Origin: Eledone cirrhosa
Lineage: Eukaryota
Reading direction: 5' to 3'
Assembly: GCA_964016885.1 (NCBI GenBank)
Contig: OZ024761.1
Location: forward strand, 21,080,001 to 21,144,000
Length of the DNA stretch: 64,000 bases
The translations under genes and the position numbers were made by a program. Shown piece by piece: positions 14,283-28,273 of this stretch. The notes beneath the pieces were generated by a model. It was not told the origin of the DNA, searched no databases, and worked only from the letters and a program-made list of their open reading frames with translations. Each line of letters starts with the position of its first letter. Positions within the stretch are counted from its first letter, which is position 1.

Positions 14283-14597
14283 GTATAGAGGTAGAGTGTC
14301 AGACACCATGCTTTGCAGCATAGAGTTGTGACCCTTTATGTTCTGTCTTCAAATCCCGTTGGGGTTAGCTTTGCCTTTCATCCTTACGGTGGGGGGGGGG
14401 GTGATAAAATAAAGTACCAGTAATGCACTGGGGTCAATTTAATCAACTCCCCTCCCCCAAATTGCTGGCCTTGTGTCTAAATTAGAAACCATTATTATTA
14501 TTAAAATGGTGGTGGATTGGCAGAATCGGTAGAGCGTCGGACACCATGCTTTGTAGCATAGAGTTACGGCCCTTGCCATTCTGAGTTCAAATCCTGT
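14283..14597 (+). mobile_element. Two adjacent SINE family B copies (one nearly full, one head)
   Basis: Core gcctttcatccttacgg...gataaaataaagtaccag; second head at 14507-14597. Confidence 0.8.
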
Positions 14598-15011
14598 ATT
14601 ATAACTATGACTGCTAATAATACTAATATGGCTACTATTACCTTAACTGATGCTGCTACTACTGCTGCTGTTGCTACTACTGCTACTACTACTGCCTCCA
14701 CCACTACTACTGCCACTACTACTACTACCACCAGCACCACTACTATTACTACTACTACCACTAATACTACCACTAATACTACCACTACTGCTACTACTAC
14801 TACTACCACCACTACTACTACCACTACTACCACCACCACTACTACCACTGCTACTACCACTAATACTACCACTACTGCTACTACTACTACTACTACCACC
14901 CCTACTACTACCACTACTACCACCACTACTACCACCACCACTACTACCACTACTACTACTGCTACTACCACTAATACTACCACTACTGCTACTACTACTA
15001 CTACTACCACC

Positions 15012-15043
<32 letters not shown>

Positions 15044-15645
15044 CACTGCCACTACTACTACCACTACTACCACTACTACCACCAACACTACTACCACAAC
15101 CACTACCACTACTACGACTACTACTACTACCACAACCAACACTACTACCACAACCACCACTACTACCACTACTACTACCATCTGTTATGGAATGTCAATA
15201 ACTCTTAACATAGTTGAATGGCTGTGAATATTGGGAGACCCTGGGACATCAGTGTTCTGGGAGACCCTGGGTGTGTCAGGCGGTCCTACAGAACCCAGCT
15301 TTTCTCCAGGCTTCACACGTTTAAACCTACACATACACACACACACATACACATACACACACTCACACACATACACACATACTCATACACACATACACTC
15401 ACACACACATACACTCACACACACATACACTCACACACACACACTCGCACACACATACACTCATACACACACACACACTCACACACATATACATACACTC
15501 ATACACATACACTCATTAACACACACACACTCACACACATACACACATACACTCATACACACATACACTCACACACATTTCACTTAGTGTTCCAATCGTT
15601 ACCAAGACTACCAAATGGTTTGTTTTGTCTATTCTCATTATTTTG

Positions 15646-16455
15646 GGGCGGTGGATTGGCAGTATCGGCAGAGGGTCGGACACCATGCTAGGGCAGTATC
15701 GGCGGAGGGTCGGACACCATGCTAGGGCAGTGGATTGGCAGTATCGGCGGAGGGTCGGACACCATGCTAGGGCAGTGGATTGGCAGTATCGGCGGAGGGT
15801 CGGACGCCATGCTAGGGCAGTGGATTGGCAGTATCGGCGGAGGGTCGGACACCATGCTAGGGCAGTGGATTGGCAGTATAGGCGGAGGGTCGGATGCCAT
15901 GCTAGGGCAGTTGATTGGCAGTATCGGTGGAGGGTCGGACACCATGCTTGGGCAGTGGATTGGCAGTATCGGCGGAGGGTCGGACACCATGCTAGGGCAG
16001 TGGATTGGCAGTATCGGCGGAGGGTCGGACGCCATGCTAGGGCAGTGGATTGGCAGTATCGGCGGAGGGTCGGACACCATGCTAGGGCAGTGGATTGGCA
16101 GTATCGGCGGAGGGTCGGATGCCATACTAGGGCAGTGGATTGGCAGTATCGGCGGAGGGTCGGATGCCATACTAGGGCAGTGGATTGGCAGTATCGGCGG
16201 AGGGTTGGACACCATGCTAGGGCAGTGGATTGGCAGTATCGATGGAGGGTCGGACACCATGCTAGGGCAGTGGATTGGCAGTATCAGTGGAGGGTCAGAC
16301 GCCATGCTTTGACACATAGAGTTACGGCCCTTTCCATTCTGAGTTCAAATCCCGCTAAGGTTAACTTTGCCTTTCATCCTTACGGGGTCGATAAAATAAA
16401 GTACCAGTAATGTACTGGGGTAATTGCTGGCCTTGTGCCAAAAGTAGAAACAATT
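15646..16455 (+). mobile_element. SINE family B with ~14 tandem 45-bp head repeats
   Basis: Unit gggcagtggattggcagtatcggcggagggtcggacaccatgcta followed by a normal SINE body. Confidence 0.9.
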
Positions 16456-16726
16456 ATTTTTGGTTTTTTTTTACTACGAACTACCTTTTATATTCTCTAT
16501 CCTTTGTGATCATTTCTCTCTATTTTTGTACTCCCGAAGAAGGGCTAAAGCCCGATACCTCAAACTTTCTTTCCCCTTTTCCATATAAAGCGTGAAACTA
16601 ATAAGACTTTGTATCTCTGTTTTGTTGTTTCAATGAACTATATATATATATATATAGTTTTGTTTATTATTGAAACCACAATTATATAAACAATCCTTTA
16701 GTAACATCAATGAAATGGGGGAACAT

Positions 16727-16776
<50 letters not shown>

Positions 16777-16800
16777 ATATACATACATATATACATACCT

Positions 16801-16967
16801 ATGTGGTTGGTGTTAGGAAGGGCATCCAGCCGTAGAACGCCCGCCCGCCAGACAGTCCTATACGCGCGAGACGTGGTCACCAGACCAATCTTGCCTCAAG
16901 TGGGACAAATTCCTGTCTAACCCATGCTAGCGTGGAAGATAGACGTTAAACGTTGATGATGATGATG

Positions 16968-16969
<2 letters not shown>
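16801..16969 (+). mobile_element. RTE-related 3' end fragment
   Basis: ggtgttaggaagggcatccagc...gacgttaaacgtt(gat)n as at 53341-53500; in (TA)n. Confidence 0.85.
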
Positions 16970-17017
<48 letters not shown>

Positions 17018-17177
17018 TATGAAAATAATGATATGTGTGATATATATATATATATATAGAGAGAGGGGGGTGGGGGTAGAGAGGGGGGTGGCAGAGAGAG
17101 GGGGGGTAGAGCGGGGGTGGCAGAGAGAGGGGGTAGGTGGGGGGGGGACAAGTGATAGAAACAGAGATTGTGTGTGT

Positions 17178-17342
17178 ATGTAGTGGTTGTAGTAGTGGTG
17201 GTAGTGGTAGTAGTAGTGGTGGTAGTGATGGTGATAGTGGTAGTGGTGGTGATAGTAGTAGTAATAGTGGTGGTGATAGTAGTAGTAGTAGTGGTGGTGG
17301 CAGTAGTGGTAGTAGTAGTGGTGGTAGCAGTAGTGGTTGTGA

Positions 17343-17379
<37 letters not shown>

Positions 17380-17966
17380 GGTGGCAGCAGTAGTAGTGGT
17401 GGTGGTGGTGGTGGCAGTAGTAGTAGTGGTAGTAGTGGTGGTGGTGGCAGTAATAGTAGTAGTAGTAGTGGTGGTGGCAGTAGTAGTAGTGGTGGTGATA
17501 GTAGTAGTGGTGGTGGCAGTAGTAGTAGTGGTAGTAGTAGTGGTGGTGATAGTAGTAGTGGTGGTGGCAGTAGTAGTAGTAGTAGTAGTGGTGGTGGCAG
17601 TAGTAGTAGTGGTGGTGGCAGTAGTAGTAGTGGTAGTAGTAGTGGTGGTGATAGTAGTAGTGGTGGTGGCAGTAGTAGTAGTAGTGGTGGTGGTGGTAGT
17701 AGTAGTAGTGGTGGTGGCAGTAGTAGTAGTGGTAGTAGTAGTGGTGGTGATAGTAGTAGTGGTGGTGGCAGTAGTAGTAGTGGTAGTAGTAGTGGTGGTG
17801 ATAGTAGTGGTGGTGGTGGCAGTAGTGGTGGTGGCAGTAGTAGTAGTGGTAGTAGTAGTGGTGGTGATAGTAGTGGTGGTGGTGGCAGTAGTGGTGGTGG
17901 CAGTAGTAGTAGTGGTAGTAGTAGTGGTGGTGATAGTAGTGGTGGTGGTGGCAGTAGTGGTGGTGG
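17178..17966. repeat. (GTA/GTG)n trinucleotide field
   Basis: Similar fields at 14650-15180, 32735-33278 and 13780-14060. Confidence 0.93.
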
Positions 17967-18439
17967 AGAATATTGTCAATTATTTAACACCATATATTTC
18001 AAATTAAAACAGAACCTCTCAATACTTCTTTACATCTTTTCTCTCTCCTCTCTTCTCACCTCTCTCCTCTCACTTCTTCTCTCCTCATCTCACCTCTCTC
18101 CTCTCACCTCTTCTCTCTCCTCTCATCTATTCTCTCATCTATTCTCTCATCTCTCCTCTCATCTCTCCTCTCTTCTCTCCTTTCATCTCTCCTCTCTTCT
18201 CTCCTTTCATCTCATCTCTTCTCATCTCTTCTCTCCTCATCTCACCTCTCTCCTCTCATCTCTCATTTCTCCTCTCATCTCACCTCTCTCCTCTCATCTC
18301 TTCTCTCTCCTCTCATCTCTTCTCTCTCCTCTCCTCTCATCCCTCTCCTCACCTCTCTCCTCTCCTCTCCTCCCTCACACCACCACCACTGCTACCTACT
18401 CAAACAACAACTACAACATCTCAATACTTCTTCAACACA

Positions 18440-18630
18440 ACAATGGTGGATTGCCAGTATCGGTAGAGAGTCGGACGCCATGCTTTGCCGCATAGAGTTA
18501 CGGCCCTTTACAGTTTGAGTTCAAATCCCGCCAAGGTTAACTTTGCCTTTCATCCTTACGGGGTCGATAAAATAAAGTACCAGTAATACACTGGGGGTAA
18601 TTGCTGGCCTTGTGCCAAAAGTAGAAACAG
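18440..18630 (+). mobile_element. SINE family B with 15-bp target-site duplication
   Basis: TSD tacttcttcaacaca at 18425-18439 and 18631-18645. Confidence 0.88.
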
Positions 18631-19819
18631 TACTTCTTCAACACATCTCATCTCTCCACCATCACCACTACCACCACCATCACTACCACCACCACCACCA
18701 CTACTACCACCACCATCACCACCACCACCACTACCACTACTACCACCACTATCACCACCACCACCACTACTACCACCACCACCACTAACACCACCACTAC
18801 TAACACCACCAAACTACCACCACCACCACCACTACTACTACCACAACCACTAACACCACCACCTACTCAAACTACAACTACAGCAACAACAAGATTACGA
18901 AACAAAGAAATATTTTTTAACAGATATTTAATAACTAATCTTATAAGTAATATATGGCTTTTCTTCTTTATAGAGTAATATTTCTGTCTCGTTAGCTATT
19001 TTATGAATTCTATTCTTCCTTGGTGTCTTAATACATCCTCCATTGCTCTTATTGCTTTTTTTTCTCTTTGCTTCTCTTTTTCTTTTGTTCTCTGACAATT
19101 TAGTCTCCAAGAAATGCCATTAAAAGAACATTGGTTGGCATTTTTATATAACAGACTGTTAGCTTTTAAAATGAATGCCTTCAAGCCAAAAGTTTATCCC
19201 TGTTCGAAGTATTTTGAAGCAGCAGTCTTTAAAGGATGTGTCGTTTTAACCATGTAATGTCAAATACTACATGAAACCACATTAGTAAGAAGACATTCTT
19301 GAATAAGTAGAAGACAGCGCCTACAGTTGCTGCATCACGTTAGGAATTAAAAGTCTTCACTCTGATACTATAAATGTTTGCAATGATCTGACCAGTAATA
19401 AAGATATTACATATATCCCACTACCTACTGACACAAGCTGACCCTTGGCCTTATAAGTCACTCGGTGATTTTCTGGGACATTAAAAAAAAATGTGTCTTG
19501 TAAGTCATCAAATACACTAGTCACCAGTCAAAGTGTCTTGTAAGCCGTCAAATATGTTAGTTATCTCTCAAATTTCTTGATTATAATCAAAATTACTGTA
19601 TATGCTAGTATGCAAGTCAATCTGACACATAGGTTGACCCCTAAAATTCTGAGGTGTAAATCAGGTTTAGGCCTATATTCACTGGATAAGACAACCCTTC
19701 CAAAAATAAGGCAGTTGCAGGGGAAATAATTTTTAAAAAATAGTGGCATGCTAAAGGTTAAGATACTTCTTCTAAAACACTTCAGTTGCAAGTGAGTTTG
19801 AAATCAGTAAACCAGCCTA

Positions 19820-20595
19820 GACTAACCTTAACGAACCTATAGTAACCTAACCTATGGTAACCTAACCTACAGTAACCTACCCTATGGTAACCTAACCTAT
19901 AGTAACCTAACCTATGGTAACCTAACCTACGGTAACCTACCCTACGGTAACCTAACCTACGGTAACCTACCCTACGGTAACCTAACCTACGGTAACCTAA
20001 CCTACGGTAACCTAACCTACAGTAACCTACCCTACGGTAACCTACCCTATGGTAACCTAACCTACGGTAACCTACCCTACGGTAACCTAACCTACGGTAA
20101 CCTACCCTACGGTAACCTACCTACCCTATGGTAACCTAACCTATGGTAACCTACTCTATGGTAACCTACTCTACGGTAACCTACCCTATGGTAACCTAAC
20201 CTACGGTAACCTACCCTATGGTAACCTACCCTGTGGTAACCTACCCTACGGTAACCTACCCTATGGTAACCTAACCTATGGTAACCTACTCTATGGTAAC
20301 CTACCCTACGGTAACCTAACGTATGGTAACCTACCCTGTGGTAACCTACCCTATGGTAACCTACCCTACGGTAACCTACCCTGTGGTAACCTACTCTATG
20401 GTAACCTACTCTATGGTAACCTACCCTACGGTAACCTACCCTATGGTAACCTAAATTATGGTAACCTACCCTATGGTAACCTACCCTATGGTAACCTACC
20501 CTATGGTAACCTACCCTATGGTAACCTAACCTACCCTATAGTATACCACCCTATAGTAACCTACCCTATAGTAACCTACCCTATGGTAACCTGCC
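19820..20595 (+). repeat. 15-bp minisatellite
   Basis: Unit ggtaacctaccctay. Confidence 0.93.
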
Positions 20596-21159
20596 CTATC
20601 AGCTACAGCAAGTCATTGATATTATTATAATCTCTACGTTAAATAGACTTAACAAATATGAGATTCAGTAGGAAATACTTGTGGTGGTCTACTAGAGTTA
20701 TGGTAAGTGGTGTACAACGAGTGTTAGGCAGGCAGTTTTACTGTTTACCCCTCAGTGGTAAAGGTTCACATTTTATATTTGGTAGACAAGTTAACCCCTG
20801 GTTTACCAGAGATATGTTTAGGCTCCTGATGTCAACTTGCACTCTGACATATACAGTACTTGAAAATTAAAAGAAGTGTCTTTTATAAAAAAAAAAAAAG
20901 CTTATTTTAATAAAGGTGTGAATATATTTGTAAAATATTCTCTATTGATCTATGTTCAGCATATTTCAATAATTAAATATAATTATAGTCTCCATTCCAA
21001 TAATGGAGGGATTATTATAACAAGTGTACATACCATACCTGTTTTGGCGATTTCTTTCATAGATCAGGAGCCTCTAATTAAATGTAAAACTGTTCGTTAG
21101 ATGATTCAAATATTAACGAGATCAAATCAATATAACGTAACAAAGAGTGTTTATGAGAG

Positions 21160-23675
21160 AAAGTGGTTGTCACATGACATCTAATACTGTCAAAGTGGTT
21201 GTCACATGACATCTAATACTGTCAAAGTGGTTGTCACAGGACATCTAATACTGTCAAAGTGGTTGTCACAGGACATCTAATACTGTCAAAGTGGTTGTCA
21301 CAGGACATCTAATACTGTCAAAGTGGTTGTCACAGGACATCTAATACTGTCAAAGTGGTTGTCACATGACATCTAATACTGTCAAAGTGGTTGTCACAGG
21401 ACATCTAATACTGTCAAAGTGGTTGTCACAGGACATCTAATACTGTCAAAGTGGTTGTCACAGGACATCTAATACTGTCAAAGTGGTTGTCACAGGACAT
21501 GTAATACTGTCAAAGTGGTTGTCACGGGACATGTAATACTGTCAAAGTGGTTGTCACGGGACATGTAATACTGTCAAAGTGGTTGTCACAGGGCATGTAA
21601 TACTGTCAAAGTGGTTGTCACAGGACATCTAATACTGTCAAAGTGGTTGTCACAGGACATCTAATACTGTCAAAGTGGTTGTCACAGGACATGTAATACT
21701 GTCAAAGTGGTTGTCACGGGACATGTAATACTGTCAAAGTGGTTGTCACAGGGCATGTAATACTGTCAAAGTGGTTGTCACAGGACATCTAATACTGTCA
21801 AAGTGGTTGTCACAGGACATGTAATACTGTCAAAGTGGTTGTCACAGGACATGTAATACTGTCAAAGTGGTTGTCACAGGACATCTAATACTGTCAAAGT
21901 GGTTGTCACAGGACATCTAATACTGTCAAAGTGGTTGTCACGGGACATGTAATACTGTCAAAGTGGTTGTCACGGGACATGTAATACTGTCAAAGTGGTT
22001 GTCACAGGGCATGTAATACTGTCAAAGTGGTTGTCACAGGACATCTAATACTGTCAAAGTGGTTGTCACGGGACATGTAATACTGTCAAAGTGGTTGTCA
22101 CGGGACATGTAATACTGTCAAAGTGGTTGTCACGGGACATGTAATACTGTCAAAGTGGTTGTCACAGGACATCTAATACTGTCAAAGTGGTTGTCACGGG
22201 ACATCTAATACTGTCAAAGTGGTTGTCACAGGACATCTAATACTGTCAAAGTGGTTGTCACAGGACATCTAATACTGTCAAAGTGGTTGTCACAGGACAT
22301 CTATTACTGTCAAAGTGGTTGTCACAGGACATCTAATACTGTCAAAGTGGTTGTCACAGGACATCTAATACTGTCAAAGTGGTTGTCACAGGACATGTAA
22401 TACTGTCAAAGTGGTTGTCACAGGACATCTAATACTGTCAAAGTGGTTGTCACATGACATCTAATACTGTCAAAGTGGTTGTCACATGACATCTAATACT
22501 GTCAAAGTGGTTGTCACATGACATCTAATACTGTCAAAGTGGTTGTCACAGGACATCTAATACTGTCAAAGTGGTTGTCACATGACATCTAATACTGTCA
22601 AAGTGGTTGTCACAGGACATCTAATACTGTCAAAGTGGTTGTCACAGGACATCTAATACTATCAAAGTGGTTGTCACATGACATCTAATACTGTCAAAGT
22701 GGTTGTCACAGGACATCTAATACTGTCAAAGTGGTTGTCACGGGACATCTAATACTGTTAAAGTGGTTGTCACAGGACATGTAATACTGTCAAAGTGGTT
22801 GTCACAGGACATGTAATACTGTCAAAGTGGTTGTCACAGGACATCTAATACTGTCAAAGTGGTTGTCACAGGACATGTAATACTGTCAAAGTGGTTGTCA
22901 CAGGACATGTAATACTGTCAAAGTGGTTGTCACAGGACATGTAATACTGTCAAAGTGGTTGTCACAGGACATCTAATACTGTCAAAGTGGTTGTCACAGG
23001 ACATCTAATACTGTCAAAGTGGTTGTCACAGGACATCTAATACTGTCAAAGTGGTTGTCACAGGACATCTAATACTGTCAAAGTGGTTGTCACAGGACAT
23101 GTAATACTGTCAAAGTGGTTGTCACATGACATCTAATACTGTCAAAGTGGTTGTCACATGACATCTAATACTGTCAAAGTGGTTGTCACAGGACATCTAA
23201 TACTGTCAAAGTGGTTGTCACAGGACATCTAATACTGTCAAAGTGGTTGTCACAGGACATGTAATACTGTCAAAGTGGTTGTCACAGGACATGTAATACT
23301 GTCAAAGTGGTTGTCACATGACATCTAATACTGTCAAAGTGGTTGTCACAGGACATGTAATACTGTCAAAGTGGTTGTCACATGACATCTAATACTGTCA
23401 AAGTGGTTGTCACATGACATCTAATACTGTCAAAGTGGTTGTCACATGACATCTAATACTGTCAAAGTGGTTGTCACATGACATCTAATACTGTTAAAGT
23501 GGTTGTCACATGACATCTAATACTGTCAAAGTGGTTGTCACAGGACATCTAATACTGTCAAAGTGGTTGTCACAGGACATCTAATACTGTCAAATTGGTT
23601 GTCACAGGACATCTAATACTGTCAAAGTGGTTGTCACATCTAATACTGTCAAAGTGGTTGTCACATCTAATACTG
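21160..23675 (+). repeat. 32-bp minisatellite, ~78 copies
   Basis: Unit aaagtggttgtcacaggacatctaatactgtc. Confidence 0.96.
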
Positions 23676-24984
23676 TTGTGACACTTTTATGATCAAAGTG
23701 GTTCTGACATTTTGCGTTGTTTCTTTTTTATGAGAGACTTTCTGAGTATTGAGACCCCCCCCCCCCCTACACACACCCTACACCCCATAAGGATGAAAGG
23801 CAAAGTTAACCTCGGCCTTTCATTCTTACGGGGTCGATAAAATAAAGTACCAGTAATGCACTGGGGTAATTGCTGGCCTTGTGCCAAAAGTAGAAACAAT
23901 TATATATATGTAAATATAATAGTACAAGGACGATTTGTTAAGCCTTCATTACGTTTATTGATTGGTGACGCGTGTTTCGCTATTGATCAGCCCAAGGTTC
24001 GGTCTGTATTGATCTGGCCTGACTCTGGAATCAAAAGCTCGTCGGACCTCTCCCTGGGTATATATATATATCTTAGCTCCATTATGACATATATACATAC
24101 ACACATATATATATATATATATATTTATCATGATAGATATTTACACAAGTTCACAACTGTGACATGTACATAAAATGGACATGTTTTTGTTGTTATTGTT
24201 GTTGTCTTTTTGTTCCCCCCCCCCCTTTTTTTTTCTTTTTTTACCTTTTTTTTTTACTTAACATTTTAAATATTTATTAATATTTATTATTAACGCTAAC
24301 AACCACATTCTCTTCTTTTCTGTATCTGTTTTTATTTAACTAATTAATATTAACCTGCTTGCTTTTATTAATTAATCTGCAGCTGCTGACATTTTTGGAG
24401 CTTTTTTTAACTTTACTAACTAACTTCTTTTTTTATTTTGTTTGTACTTACATGATAAACAAGATAGTTTAATGCCATGCTGAATCTCCCTGAGAATTGT
24501 GTTTAAAACCTTTATCATTTACATTACTTTATATTCATTATTATATTTTCATGGTTAAGGCTTTATCTCACATAATATCGAATCTACGAGATTTTGATAT
24601 ATTATTTATTTTGAGAACAATACCTTCACATCAGTATAAGTGGCCGGTTTGTACAGGAAGAGGTGAGAGAATTCTGACCAGTTATGGCCGGTTTAAAGGC
24701 TAAAGAGTTAAGGGTAAACATATTTGTGGAATGTTCAGGCTACTAGAAGACTGATTGTTAAAATCTGACGAACAGAGGGAGGCCTCTCCTATCAATGTAA
24801 CAGCCTTTGTGTTTGTTAAGGGTACACATATTTGTAGAATGCTTGGCCACTTATTAATTTCAAGAGCTGGCTGTTCTATTAATTAAACAACTATAAGACT
24901 CATTGTTAAAAACCAACCAACAGAGGGAGGCCTGTCCTGTCAATGTAACAACCTTTGTATTCGTGACTTTACATGACTTCTCTC

Positions 24985-25260
24985 CAAGTACCGGTCGCTC
25001 TCCAACAGGTTTGCGGTCGTACCCCTGGCAGTGGAGACTTCTGGTGTCCTTGGCCCTAGGGCTACCTCCCTATTCACCATCATAGGTGCTGAGCTGGCCA
25101 GCCGCAGGTGTGAGCCTCGCGAGTTGGAATGGCTCTTCCAGCGCATCTCCCTTACTATCCTCTGGGGAAACGCCTTCTCCATTCTGTCCGCCGGGGCTGA
25201 GAGGAGGCCAGAACGTGGGACCCCATTTGCTCCCAATACGGATTAATAGGCAAAGTTATA
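24985..25260 (+). mobile_element. 3' relic of a CRE-like (restriction-like endonuclease) non-LTR retrotransposon
   Basis: KYRSLSNRFAVVPLAVETSGVLGP...LFQRISLTILWGNAFSIL, matching the RLE C-terminus KY..L...F.P.A.ET.G and QR.S...QRGNA. Confidence 0.7.
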
Positions 25261-25376
25261 AACTATTGTAGCTATCTTTACGTAAAACCAAAGATATTTC
25301 TATTGTTTCATGTTTTCAAATATCGGAAATGAAATATTTAACTGTTTTGTGGATTTCCAATTACTTTTCTTGGCAG

Positions 25377-25526
25377 ACGTAGGTTTGATTGATTTCTCTT
25401 CCATCTTGATTGCCTCAGGACACCACTCCGATGAGAGTGTCCTAAGTGGGCTCAGTACACAGCCGGACCTCGATTTCAATAGCAGTGATGAATCGGAGAA
25501 ATTCTCGTCAATAATCAAACATCCAG
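25377..25526 (+). CDS. RIMBP2: RIMS-binding protein exon (linker after SH3)
   Basis: ttggcag|(D)VGLIDFSSILIASGHHSDESVLSGLSTQPDLDFNSSDESEKFSSIIKHP|gtgaat; 150 nt, phase 1-1. Confidence 0.8.
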
Positions 25527-25697
25527 GTGAATCTTCTATCATTCTTTTCTCGTTGATTTTGTTTTGTTTTTTCAGCCAACAAAAATTGTAATCGTTGTGG
25601 CATGACAGCATGGCATGGTATGTCTGTAGGACAGAAATATAATTAACTTTGTAATAATATTAATAATAATAATAATAATAATGATAATAATAATAAT

Positions 25698-26135
25698 ACT
25701 GAAGGACTTTAAAAAGAGGGTATGCCTGCTAATTGGTATGTCCGTTCCAATAGACAAGAATGTATCTATAAAAACATTTGAAAAATTGAGCAAGTATAAA
25801 GACCTGCAGATAGAGATTGGAAAAATGTGGAAGTTGAGAACTAAAACAATACCAGTGGTTGTAGGCGCTCTAGGAATGATGCCTAAGGGTTCTAATGATT
25901 ACTTATCCCAAATCCCAGGAAACCCGCGTATAGGAGAAATACAAAAGATAGTACTAATGGGAACTGACCACATACTAAGGAAGATTCTGTCAATATAAGT
26001 ACATCACAAGTCTAAACACCTAAAGATGCATGTGTGTGTATGTGTTCTTACTTGAACATGGCGGACCTTGTTGTCTCTTGAGGTCACTGGTTGTGACTTG
26101 GTGATAACTCGTATGAACATAAAGCAAGATAAATG
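25698..26135 (+). mobile_element. 3' relic of an R4/Dong-clade non-LTR retrotransposon in (TAA)n
   Basis: CLLIGMSVPIDKN...EKLSKYKDLQIEIGKMW...IPVVVGALG (RLE domain); (TAA)n on both flanks. Confidence 0.8.
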
Positions 26136-27212
26136 AAATAACAATAATAATAATAGTAATAGTAATAATAATAATTTCTTTTATTGGCCACAAGGGCCGA
26201 CATATAGGGGACCAATACAATAGACAGGGACAGTGGAGGGGGGGAGGGTTACATATATAACATGTAATAAATATATATAACAATAACGAAATAACAAGAA
26301 AATACAACAACGAAAATTCCCCAATGGGGTGGGGGGATAACCACCCAGGGTTGACTCAGGTACCCCACCAGTCCTGAACCATCCGGGAGAAGCACTCCTC
26401 TTGGGCAGCCAACTAACTGAAAATTTATAATAAATTGAAATGAAAACCAACAGGTGCATGTGTTTTTATTGGCAGTATGACCCTCCCAAAGTACAACAAT
26501 ATATATATATATATATATAAATGAAAAGTATAGAAATTGTTGTAGCGAGAAGCTAACAGTATTCCATAACATATATATATATATGAGGAAAAAAGATGAA
26601 ATCGAAAATGCGACTGGAGTCTTTTTCTATAAAAATATATATTTATTTGGTTCCTTTACCGGTTTCGCAGTTCTTCTGCTTTTCAAAAGTAGAGTTGAGA
26701 TGGAGGGTCTGTGGTTTTTCTCACATCTGGTTGGTGTTTGAATGTTGCTTCTGTTTTATATGGAAAAAAGTGGCTCGAAATGCTAGGTTTTTAGAGAAGT
26801 AATTTGGTTGGTGAATAAGTATAATAAATTTCCTATATATATATATATATGGGAAAGTAAATAACAACAACACAGGAGTACAGTTACGAAAAGTATTAGG
26901 TTCACGCTTGGGGGTGGGGGGTGACGTTTCGGGCATAAGCCCTTCATCAGGAGAATGATGGGAAGGAGAGGAACTCCATGAGGGGGGAGTTGGGGGAAAA
27001 TTCTATCTGGAGTTGCGACTGACAAAGAGTATTGGCAATTGGAAAGACCAACGGAAATATTGTTTCCTCGGTCCGATTTCACTGAAATCAATCGACTGTC
27101 GATATATATATATATATATATGTATGTAAAAGGTAAACAGAAATAACAACACAATCGGTACAGTATATGGAAGGGATATATTAGGTTAACGTTTGATATA
27201 GCAGGAAGAGGG

Positions 27213-27248
27213 TCTTAACGTTTCGGACGCTAGTCCTTCATCAGAAGA
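27213..27248 (-). ncRNA. Minimal hammerhead ribozyme (Penelope-like type) in a ~210-bp element
   Basis: TCTT-CTGATGA-a-GGAC tagc GTCC-GAAACGT-T|AAGA; palindromic ACGT helix III. Confidence 0.75.
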
Positions 27249-28032
27249 AAGGATGAGAAATAAGATAGATTGAAGGGACAGGCGGGTTGGAATTGGAAAA
27301 AATGTCTTTAGATGAAAATAACAGGTTCATCCATACTCTCTATGTTAGTCAATAAAAATCTGTGATATCTTAGAAGAAACTGGTAAATTTGTGAAATTTC
27401 TTTTAATTTTTTAATCGAAATTATTAAGATTTATTTTTTCTTTACAATTTCATTTTACAATTCTTTTTTTTTTTTTAGAAAAACTTGAAAAACAAATTTT
27501 TATTTTATTATTAATTTTTTTTTTTTTAGGTTTTTATTATTTTCTCAGTTTATTATAATTTTTTTTTATTTTAGAAAATTTTACTGACAAATCGATGAAA
27601 ATGTTTTGTGTTTTTTTTTAATATAAAAGTGTTGGATGTTGTTGTTGACAGTGGCCTAGAGTGATGACTTCTTGGCCCGGCTGTTATTATTTCACTTCCT
27701 TCCTCATTATCTTTGCAGGGCAACAGGTTGTCATTTAACCCTCCCCATATATACATACACACACATATATATATAGATACATATACATACATATACATAC
27801 ACACACATATATATATATACATATATATATATATCATCATCATCATCATCGTTTAACGTCCATCTTCCACGCTTGCATGGGTTTGGACGGATATATATAC
27901 ATACAGATACATATATACATATATATACATATATATATACATATATATACATATCCCACCCTTGCAAGCAGGGAAAAGCAGACGTAAAATGAAAAAATAT
28001 ATATATATATATATATACGTGCATACATGCAT

Positions 28033-28088
<56 letters not shown>

Positions 28089-28123
28089 TTATATTTATGC
28101 ATACATACATATACATACTTATA

Positions 28124-28154
<31 letters not shown>

Positions 28155-28176
28155 GTATATACATATATATATGTGA

Positions 28177-28272
28177 AGCCGCACGGCTTAGTGGTTAGAG
28201 CATTGGCCTTGCAATCGAAAGGTTGTGAGTTCAAATCTCAGACCGGGTGATGTGTTGTTTCCTTGAGCAAGA
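28177..28272 (+). mobile_element. tRNA-SINE head (same family as 368-480), truncated by a trinucleotide repeat
   Basis: cggcttagtggttagag...gagttcaaatc...ccttgagcaaga. Confidence 0.75.
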
Positions 28273-28273
28273 T

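Noticed and set aside
19820-20595. Interstitial telomeric repeat
   Set aside because: Contains CCTAA words but the period is 15 bp, not TTAGG/TTAGGG
21160-23675. CRISPR-like 32-bp repeat array
   Set aside because: Head-to-tail units with no unique spacers; eukaryotic context; no cas genes
27719-27726. Possible microexon (ctttgcag|GGCAACAG|gttgtc)
   Set aside because: 8 nt would shift the frame between phase-1 exons; weak donor
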